Shown: positions 20,880 to 29,455 of the stretch, in pieces
Layout of the letters: every line of letters begins with the position of its first letter
How positions within the stretch are numbered: position 1 is the stretch's first letter
NCBI GenBank assembly: GCA_046753845.1
Contig: JBHHUP010000001.1
Location: forward strand, 13,343 to 77,342
DNA: 64,000 nt
Direction: 5' to 3'
From: Thermodesulfobacteriota bacterium
GTDB lineage: Bacteria; Desulfobacterota; GWC2-55-46; JADFVP01
The notes under the pieces: model-generated
The model's database searches: none
Told to the model about the DNA's origin: nothing
What the model saw: the letters and a program-made list of their open reading frames with translations, nothing else
Made by a program: the position numbers and the translations under genes

Positions 20880-20909
20880 ATTTTAAGACATAAAAAGGCG
20901 GCCTGTCAA
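20880..20909 (-). promoter_or_regulatory. sigma-70-type promoter for the first A/B module
   Basis: Minus strand TTGACA (20909-04), an 18-nt spacer, then TAAAAT (20885-80). It overlaps an imperfect palindrome atgtct...agacat (20864-20890). Confidence 0.45.
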
Positions 20910-20980
20910 CTACAAGGCGGCCTCGGCTGCAAGGCAGATGGGGGGGCAAAGGCCAACCGCGGAATACATGCGAAAAAACC

Positions 20981-22231
20981 CTACTGACTCATGGAACGGA
21001 AGAACTCCTTGTTGCTCTCGGTATTTTTTATCTTGTTAAGGAGAAACTCCATGCTGTCAATGGGGTTAAGGGGCTGCAGGACTTTTCTAAGTATCCATAT
21101 CCTGTTAAGCTCGGCCTTGGTAAGGAGAAGGTCCTCTTTTCTCGTACCGGACTTATTGATGTCTATGGCAGGGAAGATCCTTCTCTCGGCGAGCTTTCTG
21201 TCAAGGACGATTTCCATATTACCGGTGCCCTTGAACTCCTCGAAGATAACCTCGTCCATACGCGAGCCTGTGTCCACAAGGGCCGTGGCTATGATGGTAA
21301 GGCTGCCGCCCTCCTCGATGTTTCTGGCGGCTCCGAAGAACCTCTTTGGCTTATGCAGGGCGTTAGAGTCCACTCCTCCTGAGAGAACCTTGCCGCTCGC
21401 GGGCACAACGGTATTATAGGCCCGGGCAAGACGCGTTATGGAGTCAAGGAGTATTACCACGTCCTTCTGATGCTCAACAAGCCTCTTGGCCTTCTCTATG
21501 ACCATCTCCGAGACCTGCACATGACGCTGCGCGGGCTCATCAAATGTACTGCTTATAACCTCTCCGTTTACGGAGCGCTCCATATCCGTTACCTCCTCGG
21601 GCCTCTCGTCTATAAGGAGGACAAGGAGTATGACATCGGGATGGTTGGTTGTAATGGAGTTAGCGACCTTTTGCAGAAATATTGTCTTACCTGCCCTCGG
21701 CGGCGAGACGATAAGGGCCCTCTGGCCCTTTCCAAGGGGGGTGAATATGTCCATGATCCTCATAGAGAGGTCAGGGTCGTTCTCTGTCTCAAGGTGAAGC
21801 TTCTCTTCGGGGTATAATGGTGTGAGGTTATCAAATAATATCTTTTCTCTGGCTATCTCCGGGTCTTCGTAGTTTACCTTCTCTACTTTAAGAAGAGCAA
21901 AGTATCTCTCGCCCTCTTTGGGGGGCCGTATCTGGCCTGAGACGATATCGCCTGTGCGCAGATTGAACCTTCTTATCTGCGATGGCGATACGTATATATC
22001 ATCGGGGCCGGGAAGGTAATTATAATCCGGGGCCCGTAGAAAACCGAAACCATCAGGCAGGGTCTCAAGGACTCCTTCGCCGAAGATAAGGCCGTTTTTC
22101 TCACTCTGGTTCTGCAGAAGGGCGAAGATAAGGTCCTGTTTCCTCATACTTGAGGCGCCTTCTATCTTATACTTTCTGGCAAGCGCGGTGAGGTCGTTTA
22201 TCTTTTTGTCCTTTAAATCTCTTAAATGCAT
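20981..22231 (-). CDS. rho: transcription termination factor Rho
   Basis: 416 aa with an N-terminal Rho_N region ([26 protein letters not shown]), an RNA-binding cold-shock-like domain, and Walker A PPRAGKT. Confidence 0.95.
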   Translation of the reverse strand: MHLRDLKDKKINDLTALARKYKIEGASSMRKQDLIFALLQNQSEKNGLIFGEGVLETLPDGFGFLRAPDYNYLPGPDDIYVSPSQIRRFNLRTGDIVSGQIRPPKEGERYFALLKVEKVNYEDPEIAREKILFDNLTPLYPEEKLHLETENDPDLSMRIMDIFTPLGKGQRALIVSPPRAGKTIFLQKVANSITTNHPDVILLVLLIDERPEEVTDMERSVNGEVISSTFDEPAQRHVQVSEMVIEKAKRLVEHQKDVVILLDSITRLARAYNTVVPASGKVLSGGVDSNALHKPKRFFGAARNIEEGGSLTIIATALVDTGSRMDEVIFEEFKGTGNMEIVLDRKLAERRIFPAIDINKSGTRKEDLLLTKAELNRIWILRKVLQPLNPIDSMEFLLNKIKNTESNKEFFRSMSQ

Positions 22232-22413
22232 AAACTACTCCTGTGAATATGGCATAGAAACAGATACATGCCCTACAACAGGGCAGGCGCAATAGTCTCT
22301 AACGCAAAAATTTTATTTGTTATGATGTCTTTAAGACTTAATTCCTCTGGGTTAATAACTGGATTTGAACCAGGACATAGGGTGAGAACTTATGCCGGTT
22401 GAAAGGTATTTTG

Positions 22414-22443
22414 AACATAGCATGGTGCGAGCACCTTTGTCAA
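22414..22443 (-). promoter_or_regulatory. sigma-70-type promoter for rho, giving a ~180-nt leader
   Basis: Minus strand TTGACA (22443-38), an 18-nt spacer, then TATGTT (22419-14). It overlaps the coaE stop. Confidence 0.4.
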
Positions 22444-23054
22444 CCCTTTTCTAAGAGCAGCCTCTTATAAAGGCTCCGCACCTCGGCAAGCGTCTCCTCA
22501 GGGGTGCCGTTATTGTCTATAAGATAATTGGCGCGGGACTTCTTCTCCGTTAAGGGCATCTGCGAGGCCACCAGGCGGCGGGCCCTGGTCTCCCCGAGGC
22601 CGTCTCTCTTCATCAGCCTCTGTAACTGCACCTCCGCGTCGGTAAAGACCACTATGACCTTATCCATCTCACCGGCAAGCCCGGCCTCGAATAAGAGCGG
22701 AGCGTCAAGGGCTATGAGCGCGCTCTCTCCAGCCTCCTTAAGGGCCTTTATGCGTTCTCTAATCACGGCAACAATAGCTGGGCGGGTAATAGCCGTAAGC
22801 TCGGCAAGGCGGCTCTTATCGGAGAAGACGATATTACCGAGGACTTTTCTCGCAAGGGTTCCGTCGGGAGCTACGATAGAGGGCCCGAAGGCGCGCACCG
22901 CCGCGGTAAACTCCGCGCGCCCCGGGGTCAGGACCTCACGGGCGATAATATCGGCGTCAATAAGGGCCGCGCCAAGAGAGTCAAACTCCGCCGAGACAAG
23001 GCTTTTGCCCGTTGCCGGCCCACCTGTTATACCTATTACCAGAGCCTTAGCCAT
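22440..23054 (-). CDS. coaE: dephospho-CoA kinase
   Basis: 204 aa with IGITGGPATGKS at the N-terminus, typical of CoaE. Confidence 0.85.
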   Translation of the reverse strand: MAKALVIGITGGPATGKSLVSAEFDSLGAALIDADIIAREVLTPGRAEFTAAVRAFGPSIVAPDGTLARKVLGNIVFSDKSRLAELTAITRPAIVAVIRERIKALKEAGESALIALDAPLLFEAGLAGEMDKVIVVFTDAEVQLQRLMKRDGLGETRARRLVASQMPLTEKKSRANYLIDNNGTPEETLAEVRSLYKRLLLEKG

Positions 23055-23066
23055 TCTCCCCTCTCA

Positions 23067-23897
23067 TCAGGTCCGCCTCTTCATGATAAAACTCAGCTGC
23101 CTGCCCGTGACCTTATCCCTTCTGTATGAGTAAAAATCCGAGGCCCCGCATGAGGTGCATGGCCCCGGAAGGCTCACATTGCCCGCGGGTAGACCGGACT
23201 CTGTAAGGGCATCATGGACAGCCCTTCCAAGGTCAAGGTGAATACCCCCTTTATCCCTTGTAAAATAAGGGGCCGCCTTAAGGCCAGCGGCTCTGAAGCT
23301 CTCAACAAGGTCTTCTGATACCTCGTAGCAGCAGGGCCCTATATAGGGCCCTATGGCCCCGAGCATATTAGCCGGCCGCGCTCCAAAGTCACGAAAGAAG
23401 ACAAGAAGGGTCTCCCTTAATACCCCGGCTACAAAACCGCGCCAACCTGCGTGAACAGCTGCTATGGCCCCGCTCCCGGGGTCGTGAAGGAGTACCGGCA
23501 CGCAATCCGCCGTAAGTATGCCTATGGGCAGCTCCGGGACAGCCGTAATAATGGCATCGCCCCGCGGCCTCTCGGCGGCCCCGTACACGGCCTCGTCCAT
23601 TACTACAACATGGCGTCCATGAACCTGCTCCGCCGTAGCCACCCCGCCGGGAGGCAGGCCGAAGGAGCGGACAAGGAGCCCCATATTAGCCCTTATATTA
23701 GAGGGCTCGTCATCGCCGCCAAAGTTAAGGCCTGTAAAGGGGGCGGGGCTGAATCCCCCCGCGCGTCTCATAAAGGCGTGTTCAATCCCCGCGGCCCCTT
23801 TAAGGACGTGGGCCTGCAGAAAACTCAGCCCCTTGCTCTCAGCAGGCTCAAGTAAGATAGAATTCACTCTTCTCATCACGACTCTCATTAAGGGCAT
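23067..23897 (-). CDS. pgeF: YfiH/PgeF-family (DUF152, laccase-domain) protein
   Basis: HAFMRRAGG.S, EQVHG and TADCVPVLL motifs. The start is uncertain: in-frame ATGs occur at 23897, 23888 and 23876, and all overlap the rluD 3' end. Confidence 0.75.
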   Translation of the reverse strand: MPLMRVVMRRVNSILLEPAESKGLSFLQAHVLKGAAGIEHAFMRRAGGFSPAPFTGLNFGGDDEPSNIRANMGLLVRSFGLPPGGVATAEQVHGRHVVVMDEAVYGAAERPRGDAIITAVPELPIGILTADCVPVLLHDPGSGAIAAVHAGWRGFVAGVLRETLLVFFRDFGARPANMLGAIGPYIGPCCYEVSEDLVESFRAAGLKAAPYFTRDKGGIHLDLGRAVHDALTESGLPAGNVSLPGPCTSCGASDFYSYRRDKVTGRQLSFIMKRRT

Positions 23898-24843
23898 CTA
23901 TAATCTCGGCCATATCCCGCGGAGGCGGGGCGCTAAACTCCATTAACTCCCCTGTCCCGGGGTGTCTAAAGGCCAGAAAGGCCGCGTGCAGGCACTGGCG
24001 CGGCGCCTTTTTCAGTAGAGCCGTGGCACGAGGCGGCAGATTCACAGGCGTATCCCTCTGCCCGTCCCAGCCGTATACACGGTCCCCCACCACAGGCCTG
24101 CCTATGGATGCAAGGTGGACGCGTATCTGATGAGTACGGCCCGTCTCCGGGGTAAGCTCAAGAAGGGTAATGCCGCCGTAACGCGCGAGGACGCAAAAAC
24201 GCGTCAGGGCCTTTCTCTTTTTTCTTGCCCTTGTGGATATTTTTCTTCTATCCGCGGGGCTCCTGCCAAGTGGTTTGTCTATCTCTCCCGCGTCGATCTT
24301 CATGGGGCCGCGCACAAGGGCAAGGTATCTTCTCTTCGTGGAGTGGGCCTTGAACTGGGCCGCCAGATTACTGTGGCTCCTGTTGTTCTTTGCCGCTACC
24401 ATTACGCCGGAGGTATCCATATCAAGGCGGTGCACGATGCCCGGGCGGAGCGAATCACCGCCTGTGGAGAGGCTCAAAGTGTGATTTAAGAGGGCGTTTA
24501 CAAGAGTCCCGCCGCTTCTTCCGGCACCGGGGTGGACGGCAAGGCCGGACTGCTTGTTTATGACGATAAGATCATCGTCCTCAAAGAGTATCTCAAGGGC
24601 TATATTCTCAGGCCGCAGCGTAAGGGGGGCCGGCGGGGGAAGGGTAACATCCACATTATCCTTAAAGTGCAGCCTGTGCGAGGCCTTCACCGTACTACCG
24701 TTTACAAGTACAAGGCCACGGGTTATGGCCTTCTGAATGGCCGCCCTTGTGGCATTATGCAGGCAATCGCTGAGATAGCGGTCAAGCCTCTCGCCCTCGG
24801 AAAGACTTGAAAGTATTACTCTGCCTTCAGTATCCATATTCAT
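23848..24843 (-). CDS. rluD: RluA-family 23S rRNA pseudouridine synthase (RluD-like)
   Basis: 331 aa with an N-terminal S4 domain (RLDRYL), the catalytic HRLDMDTSG, and RTHQIRVH. Confidence 0.85.
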   Translation of the reverse strand: MNMDTEGRVILSSLSEGERLDRYLSDCLHNATRAAIQKAITRGLVLVNGSTVKASHRLHFKDNVDVTLPPPAPLTLRPENIALEILFEDDDLIVINKQSGLAVHPGAGRSGGTLVNALLNHTLSLSTGGDSLRPGIVHRLDMDTSGVMVAAKNNRSHSNLAAQFKAHSTKRRYLALVRGPMKIDAGEIDKPLGRSPADRRKISTRARKKRKALTRFCVLARYGGITLLELTPETGRTHQIRVHLASIGRPVVGDRVYGWDGQRDTPVNLPPRATALLKKAPRQCLHAAFLAFRHPGTGELMEFSAPPPRDMAEIIDALNESRDEKSEFYLT

Positions 24844-25017
24844 AATTAAAAACTATCATCCATCTCAATGACAAAAAAATAGAGACCCCTCTGTAGAAGG
24901 AGGGCTAAAGAGGCAAAAAATCTTATGCATTATTATTAAAAAGTAGAAGGAGAGCTCGAAGAAAGGCTTACTCTCACCTTAAACAAAAGCCGCAAAAGCG
25001 CGTTGAAGAGAGATGCA

Positions 25018-25710
25018 TCACAGGTCTCCCGCTTTATCTCTCAGTATCTCATCGACAAGCACGTCCCGGCCCTTCTCGGCGTTGGCCCGCACCAGGGTCT
25101 CTACAAGGACGGCATCGGCGTTTTTAAAGGCCTCAATAATATCACGGTGCTGTGAGAGTGACTCTGTCATCCTTCCCGGCAGGCTCAGGGCCGTTATCCT
25201 GAAACGCTCGAACTGCTGCACCAGGCTGTGCACAAGGGCGCAGAGCTTATCATTGCCGCAGCCCTCGAGGAATGTATCATGAAACTGATTGTCAAGGCTG
25301 AAAAAACCCTTTACATCGTCCTTATCGGCGCATTTTTTCATGGCCGCGTTGAGCCCTTCGAGCTTCTTTATATCACGAGGCGTCAGGGCAGCGCAGGCCG
25401 TCCTCGCGGCATAACCCTCAAGAAGGCTCTTTATGGCGTAGAACTCCACAACGTCCTTATCGGTTATGGGGCTCACAACTGCGCCCTTTCTCGGTATAAG
25501 GGAGATAAAGCCCTCGGACTCGAGCTGCCTGAAGGCCTCTCTTATAGGGGTGCGGCTAATGCCGAAGTTGGCGGCTATCTCCTGCTCGGGAACGCGCTCG
25601 CCGGGTTTTAGCCTGCCGCTTACCACGGCGTCCTTGATAAAGTCTACTATGCTCTCCCTCAGCGTAAGGGGCCTCTCTACGGGATAATCAAGCACTCTTA
25701 TTTTCTCCAT
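25018..25710 (-). CDS. GntR-family transcriptional regulator with FCD ligand domain
   Basis: A winged HTH region (LKPGERVPEQEIAANFGISRTPIREAFRQLESEGFI) plus an FCD-type C-terminus. The start is trimmed to ATG 25710 (MEKIRVLDYP); the track ORF extends to 25806. Confidence 0.8.
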   Translation of the reverse strand: MEKIRVLDYPVERPLTLRESIVDFIKDAVVSGRLKPGERVPEQEIAANFGISRTPIREAFRQLESEGFISLIPRKGAVVSPITDKDVVEFYAIKSLLEGYAARTACAALTPRDIKKLEGLNAAMKKCADKDDVKGFFSLDNQFHDTFLEGCGNDKLCALVHSLVQQFERFRITALSLPGRMTESLSQHRDIIEAFKNADAVLVETLVRANAEKGRDVLVDEILRDKAGDL

Positions 25711-25844
25711 AGGAACCGATATTCCCCTGAAAAGGCAAGACCATTTAAAAAAGATTATATGTAATTTCCTGAGAGATATTAGACATAAACCAGCGGGAAA
25801 AACCAATCTTCAAGCCTGACATATAAGCCTGCAGGTTATACTTA

Positions 25845-25859
25845 TGTATACAGTATACA
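25845..25859. promoter_or_regulatory. perfect 15-bp palindrome, candidate GntR operator
   Basis: TGTATACAGTATACA lies in the divergent intergenic region between the GntR gene and the TIM-barrel gene. It fits the GT...AC core of GntR/FadR-type operators. Confidence 0.45.
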
Positions 25860-26007
25860 CTCCAAAAAGTCAAGTCATTTCTCCCCTTAAAGCCCCTGCG
25901 TGAGCTCGCGGAATTAACGGTAAAATTACCGCACGGATGAGTATGAAAGATATGTTTTTTCTTGCCACCTTCTCTCGGCTGTGTTTAATAATATCAATAG
26001 GAGAGAC

Positions 26008-26808
26008 ATGATTGAAAAAAACGAAGAAAAGATACAGGTGCATATCCCCTACCCTATGCTTAAGAAAAGGCTTCAGGAGGCCCTCGGACTCGGCATTAAC
26101 CCCGAGGTCTATATTGACGGAGACGACCTTGAGGCACCGGATAAAGGGTTTCTAAAGCGCGCGGGAGAGGAGTTCAAGGCCCGTGGGCTCAGGATTACAC
26201 AACACGGCCCTTATATACATGTAAATCCCGGCAGCCCCGGGGAAGAGACAAGACGCTTTGCCGTAAAAAGGTACCAAGAGGCATTCGCCGCGGCCCGCCT
26301 CCTCGGGTCCAAGGTCATAGTGCTCCACGCCTGTTACAGCAAGAAGAGATTTAACGGGAATATAGACCGCTGGATAGAGTCCAGCATGAGGACATGGCCC
26401 GAGTTCGTAAGGACAGCAGAGGACTATGATATCACCATAGCAGCGGAGAATATCTTCGAGGTTGAACCTACCCCTCTTAAGAGGCTCGTTGAAGAGATAA
26501 ACTCACCGGGTTTCAGGCTCTGCATTGATTCAGGGCACCTTAACATCTTCTCCGAGGTGAGTTTCGAGGCATGGTTCAAGGCAGTGGGGCCTTACATAGC
26601 CGAGCTGCACCTTCATGACAACAGAGGCCACTCCGATGAGCACCTGCCCCTTGGCGACGGCGCCATAGACTTTAAAGAATATTTCAGACTCTTAAAATTA
26701 TACAAGGTGAACCCTGTGTACACCATAGAGCCCCATGGCGAGGAGGCCTTTAACCGGGCCATAAGGGCGGCAAGAAAATTCGTCTCGCCGCAGATGCCCT
26801 TACCTTAA
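26008..26808 (+). CDS. sugar phosphate isomerase/epimerase (xylose isomerase-like TIM barrel) family protein
   Basis: AENIFE, DSGH and LHLHDN motifs are typical of AP_endonuc_2/TIM-barrel proteins. The start is set at ATG 26008, preceded by AGGAGAG. Confidence 0.65.
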   Translation: MIEKNEEKIQVHIPYPMLKKRLQEALGLGINPEVYIDGDDLEAPDKGFLKRAGEEFKARGLRITQHGPYIHVNPGSPGEETRRFAVKRYQEAFAAARLLGSKVIVLHACYSKKRFNGNIDRWIESSMRTWPEFVRTAEDYDITIAAENIFEVEPTPLKRLVEEINSPGFRLCIDSGHLNIFSEVSFEAWFKAVGPYIAELHLHDNRGHSDEHLPLGDGAIDFKEYFRLLKLYKVNPVYTIEPHGEEAFNRAIRAARKFVSPQMPLP

Positions 26809-26878
26809 AAGAGGAGTAGGGCTATTCAGGCAGGCCCTCTCCTGCCTCTTCATCTTAACTGCCTGTTTTCAGGCAAGA

Positions 26879-27226
26879 TTAATCTTCCTCTTCAAGACCG
26901 CAGTTATAGGCTACAATCGTTATCTTCTCAAGGGTAATCAGCCCCTTATGGTTCATCTCCTTGATAACAGGGATAAACTCCGCGATACGCGCAGAGGTAT
27001 CAACTATCTCCACGACCATGGGCAGGTCCTCTGAGAGCATAAGGATCTTTGCCCTATGGAGCTTGCAGTGCGCGCCGTAGCCGAGAATGCCGCGGAGCAC
27101 CGTGGCGCCCATAAGCCCCCGGTCCCGCGCCGCCTCCACTATGGTCTCGTATACGGGACGGCCCTCAAATTGTTGCTGCTCACCTACAAAGACACGCAGT
27201 AAATCCACCTCGCAAGGTACTCTCAT
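26879..27226 (-). CDS. DUF190 (UPF0166) protein, commonly linked to crcB
   Basis: 115 aa containing PVYETIVEAARDRGLMGATVLRGILGYG. It lies immediately downstream of crcB. Confidence 0.7.
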   Translation of the reverse strand: MRVPCEVDLLRVFVGEQQQFEGRPVYETIVEAARDRGLMGATVLRGILGYGAHCKLHRAKILMLSEDLPMVVEIVDTSARIAEFIPVIKEMNHKGLITLEKITIVAYNCGLEEED

Positions 27227-27352
27227 AAGACCCCCTCTCTTATATAGAAGGACGCGGATGCAATAACTCCTGATAAGGCCGGGACAAAAGATTCTTCGTA
27301 ATAATAAAGGGCCCTCATCAACTTCAGCGGTGCCGCCCTTTACACAAGCGCC

Positions 27353-27724
27353 CTACAGAAGGCGCCCAACGGCAAGGCCGATGAAGAGGACTATTATGCC
27401 GGAGACAACCTGGAGCAAGACGTTGCCCGCGGCAAGAAACCACTGGGCGTCACGCATTAACTGACCTGTCTCGAACATAAAGGTAGAGAATGTAGTAAAG
27501 GCCCCCATGAAACCGCCAAGCACGATAAGCCTCGTATGGCCGCTGATAAGAAGACGCTCCTCGGAGAGGCTCCAGACAAAGCCGAAGAGAAAGGCCCCCG
27601 CAATATTTACGGCAAAGGTGCCCCATGGAAATCCGCCGCCATAAATCCTCTGCACAAAACCGGAGAGAAGGTACCTTGAGACGGTGCCTCCGGCTCCGGC
27701 GAGGCAAAGCCATAATAAATCCAT
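27353..27724 (-). CDS. crcB: fluoride ion channel CrcB/Fluc
   Basis: Four TM helices with GGTVSRY and GFMGAFTTFSTF motifs. The start is trimmed to ATG 27724 (MDLLWLCLAGAGG), with AAAGGAG upstream. Confidence 0.85.
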   Translation of the reverse strand: MDLLWLCLAGAGGTVSRYLLSGFVQRIYGGGFPWGTFAVNIAGAFLFGFVWSLSEERLLISGHTRLIVLGGFMGAFTTFSTFMFETGQLMRDAQWFLAAGNVLLQVVSGIIVLFIGLAVGRLL

Positions 27725-27820
27725 AGGGTCTCCTTTGTTACTAATAACACCAATGGCTCTGATGTTATTATCATATAACAGATAAAGCTTTGAAAGTAAA
27801 AATTTTTTAGAAACGCCGCG

Positions 27821-27849
27821 TTGACTTACCAAGACCAATCATGTTATAT
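27821..27849 (+). promoter_or_regulatory. sigma-70-type promoter for the tol-pal operon
   Basis: TTGACT (27821-27826), a 17-nt spacer, then TTATAT (27844-27849). It lies about 65 nt upstream of the tolQ start. Confidence 0.55.
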
Positions 27850-27914
27850 AGGTGTGATATAAATTTATCAGCCAGTCACTCTCATTGTGAGTCAAAGAGG
27901 AGGATATAAGTAAA

Positions 27915-28610
27915 TTGAACCCAACGGCATTAAGCTCCCAATTAGGGCTCTGGGGCATGATCGCGCATGCCGGGCCCATAGTAAAACTCGTGCTCCTCGT
28001 ACTGCTCATATTCTCCGTGGTCTCCTGGGCCATCATCGTCTACAAACTCATGCTCATTAAGAAGATAGAAAAAGAGACCACGGCTTTTTACGAGGTCTTC
28101 TGGGAAAAGAGGCAATTTTCTCACATAGCCTCCGTAGCCGGCTCATACAGAAACACGCCCCTTGCGCCTCTATTTACTGCTGTCTATAACGAGCTCGCCA
28201 ATATCATGAAGGCCCCGGACGAGGATAAGGGCGCGATGCGTCACGATAATATAGACCGCATTGAGCGCCTGCTGAAAAAGACAAGCTCAGTTCAGGGCAC
28301 GAAGATGGAGTACGCCGTAAGCTTTCTTGCTACGGCCGGCAACACGGCCCCTTTCATAGGCCTCTTCGGCACGGTCTGGGGCATAATGAGCTCATTTCAG
28401 GACATCGGCGCCAGCGGGGCCGCCAACCTTGCCGTCGTGGCCCCTGGAATCTCCGAGGCCCTTGTGGCAACTGCCATGGGCCTTATCGTAGCCATACCCG
28501 CCGTAGTGGGATATAACCACATCATCGCAAAGATAAACCGTGTTTCAACGGAGATGGACAATTTTTCGTCAGACCTCCTGAACATCGTAGAAAAACAGCT
28601 CTCCCGTTAA
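27915..28610 (+). CDS. tolQ: Tol-Pal system protein TolQ (MotA/TolQ/ExbB proton channel)
   Basis: 231 aa with a TTG start and GAGGAGG 11 nt upstream. The conserved motif is TAPFIGLFGTVWGIM...GISEALVATAMGL. Confidence 0.85.
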   Translation: MNPTALSSQLGLWGMIAHAGPIVKLVLLVLLIFSVVSWAIIVYKLMLIKKIEKETTAFYEVFWEKRQFSHIASVAGSYRNTPLAPLFTAVYNELANIMKAPDEDKGAMRHDNIDRIERLLKKTSSVQGTKMEYAVSFLATAGNTAPFIGLFGTVWGIMSSFQDIGASGAANLAVVAPGISEALVATAMGLIVAIPAVVGYNHIIAKINRVSTEMDNFSSDLLNIVEKQLSR

Positions 28611-28636
28611 AGGGGGCAGGTTTTAAGCAGCAATCA

Positions 28637-28930
28637 ATGGCCCCTGCGTATAAGCCTTTCATTGCCAGAGAGATAGGGCGCTAACGTTAAAAAGGGGGCA
28701 AGTCTCAGATAAGAATGCAGGGCCCTTGCGTAAAAGCTGTAATTACCGCGTAGATAGGGCGCTCCCGTAAAAAAAAAGACTCTAAAGGCACATAAGTCAC
28801 GGCATCTCTCTAAGAGATGAGGTATCGTCATGGTAACCAGAGAGCGTTAACAAACAAGGCCAATTTCAGCAGCAACAAGACGCACCCCCATAGGCGCATG
28901 TAAGCACGAAGGGGCTTGGCGGATACATTA
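28637..28930. repeat. degenerate ~82-bp direct repeats filling the tolQ-tolR spacer
   Basis: Copy 1 starts at 28639: ggcccctgcgtataagcc...ccagagagatagggcgctaacgttaaaaa. Copy 2 starts at 28721: ggcccttgcgtaaaagct...ccgcgtagatagggcgctcccgtaaaaaa. Two weaker copies follow (ggcacataagtcac...ccagagagcgttaac and ggcgcatgtaagcac). Confidence 0.6.
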
Positions 28931-28958
28931 AAAGATTACAGAATTGAGATAGATTTTT

Positions 28959-29375
28959 ATGGCTATGAACGGACACTCCGATAGAAAGCTGATGTCGCAG
29001 ATAAACGTAACGCCCTTTGTAGACGTTATGCTCGTTCTGCTCATAATATTCATGGTAACGGCGCCCATGATGCAGTCTGGCATTGATGTAAATCTGCCAA
29101 AGGTCACTGCCAGCGCCGTTAACACCAAGTCTGACCCCCTTATAGTAACCATAGACAGCAGGCAGCGTACGTACCTCGGTGATAAACGCTTCACCTCGGC
29201 ACGCCTCGGCAAGAAGCTAAAGGCCATAAACAAGATAAAACCAGGGAGCATGGTACTTCTAAAGGCCGATAAGAAGGTACCTTACGGATACGTTGTAAAG
29301 GTCATAGGAGAGATACGGAAATCGGGCATCACCAAGATAGGCATGATTACCGAATCATCCTCTAAAAGAAGATAA
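28959..29375 (+). CDS. tolR: Tol-Pal system protein TolR (ExbD/TolR family)
   Basis: 138 aa. INVTPFVDVMLVLLIIFMV is the canonical TM segment with the conserved Asp. Confidence 0.8.
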   Translation: MAMNGHSDRKLMSQINVTPFVDVMLVLLIIFMVTAPMMQSGIDVNLPKVTASAVNTKSDPLIVTIDSRQRTYLGDKRFTSARLGKKLKAINKIKPGSMVLLKADKKVPYGYVVKVIGEIRKSGITKIGMITESSSKRR

Positions 29376-29455
29376 ACCCGCAAAGGCATTGTAGCTATAG
29401 AGTACGTCCCATAAAAGACCTTTCCAAAAACCGTCCCTGGTCTTTAAAAAAACAC

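Noticed and set aside
22340-22400. tRNA-like T-arm string ggatttgaaccagga in the rho leader.
   Set aside because: I could not build an acceptor stem, an anticodon arm or a cloverleaf around it. It lies within the 5' UTR of rho.
26838-26878. Two short hairpins (aggcagg-ccctct-cctgcct and ctgcctg-tttt-caggcag) between the convergent TIM-barrel and DUF190 genes, considered as bidirectional terminators.
   Set aside because: Neither is followed by a U-run on either strand. They may still act as terminators, but the sequence alone does not support the call.
27725-27840. Expected a fluoride riboswitch (crcB motif) upstream of crcB.
   Set aside because: The minus-strand leader has only a local hairpin (AUAACA...UGUUAU). 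It lacks the GAUGG...AACCGCC...CUGAUGA blocks I associate with the fluoride riboswitch. An Infernal RF01734 run would settle this.
28634-28831. 65-aa minus-strand ORF inside the tolQ-tolR spacer.
   Set aside because: Its sequence simply echoes the DNA repeat (APYLRGN.../APYLSGN...). It has no SD and is antisense to the operon, so it is likely spurious.
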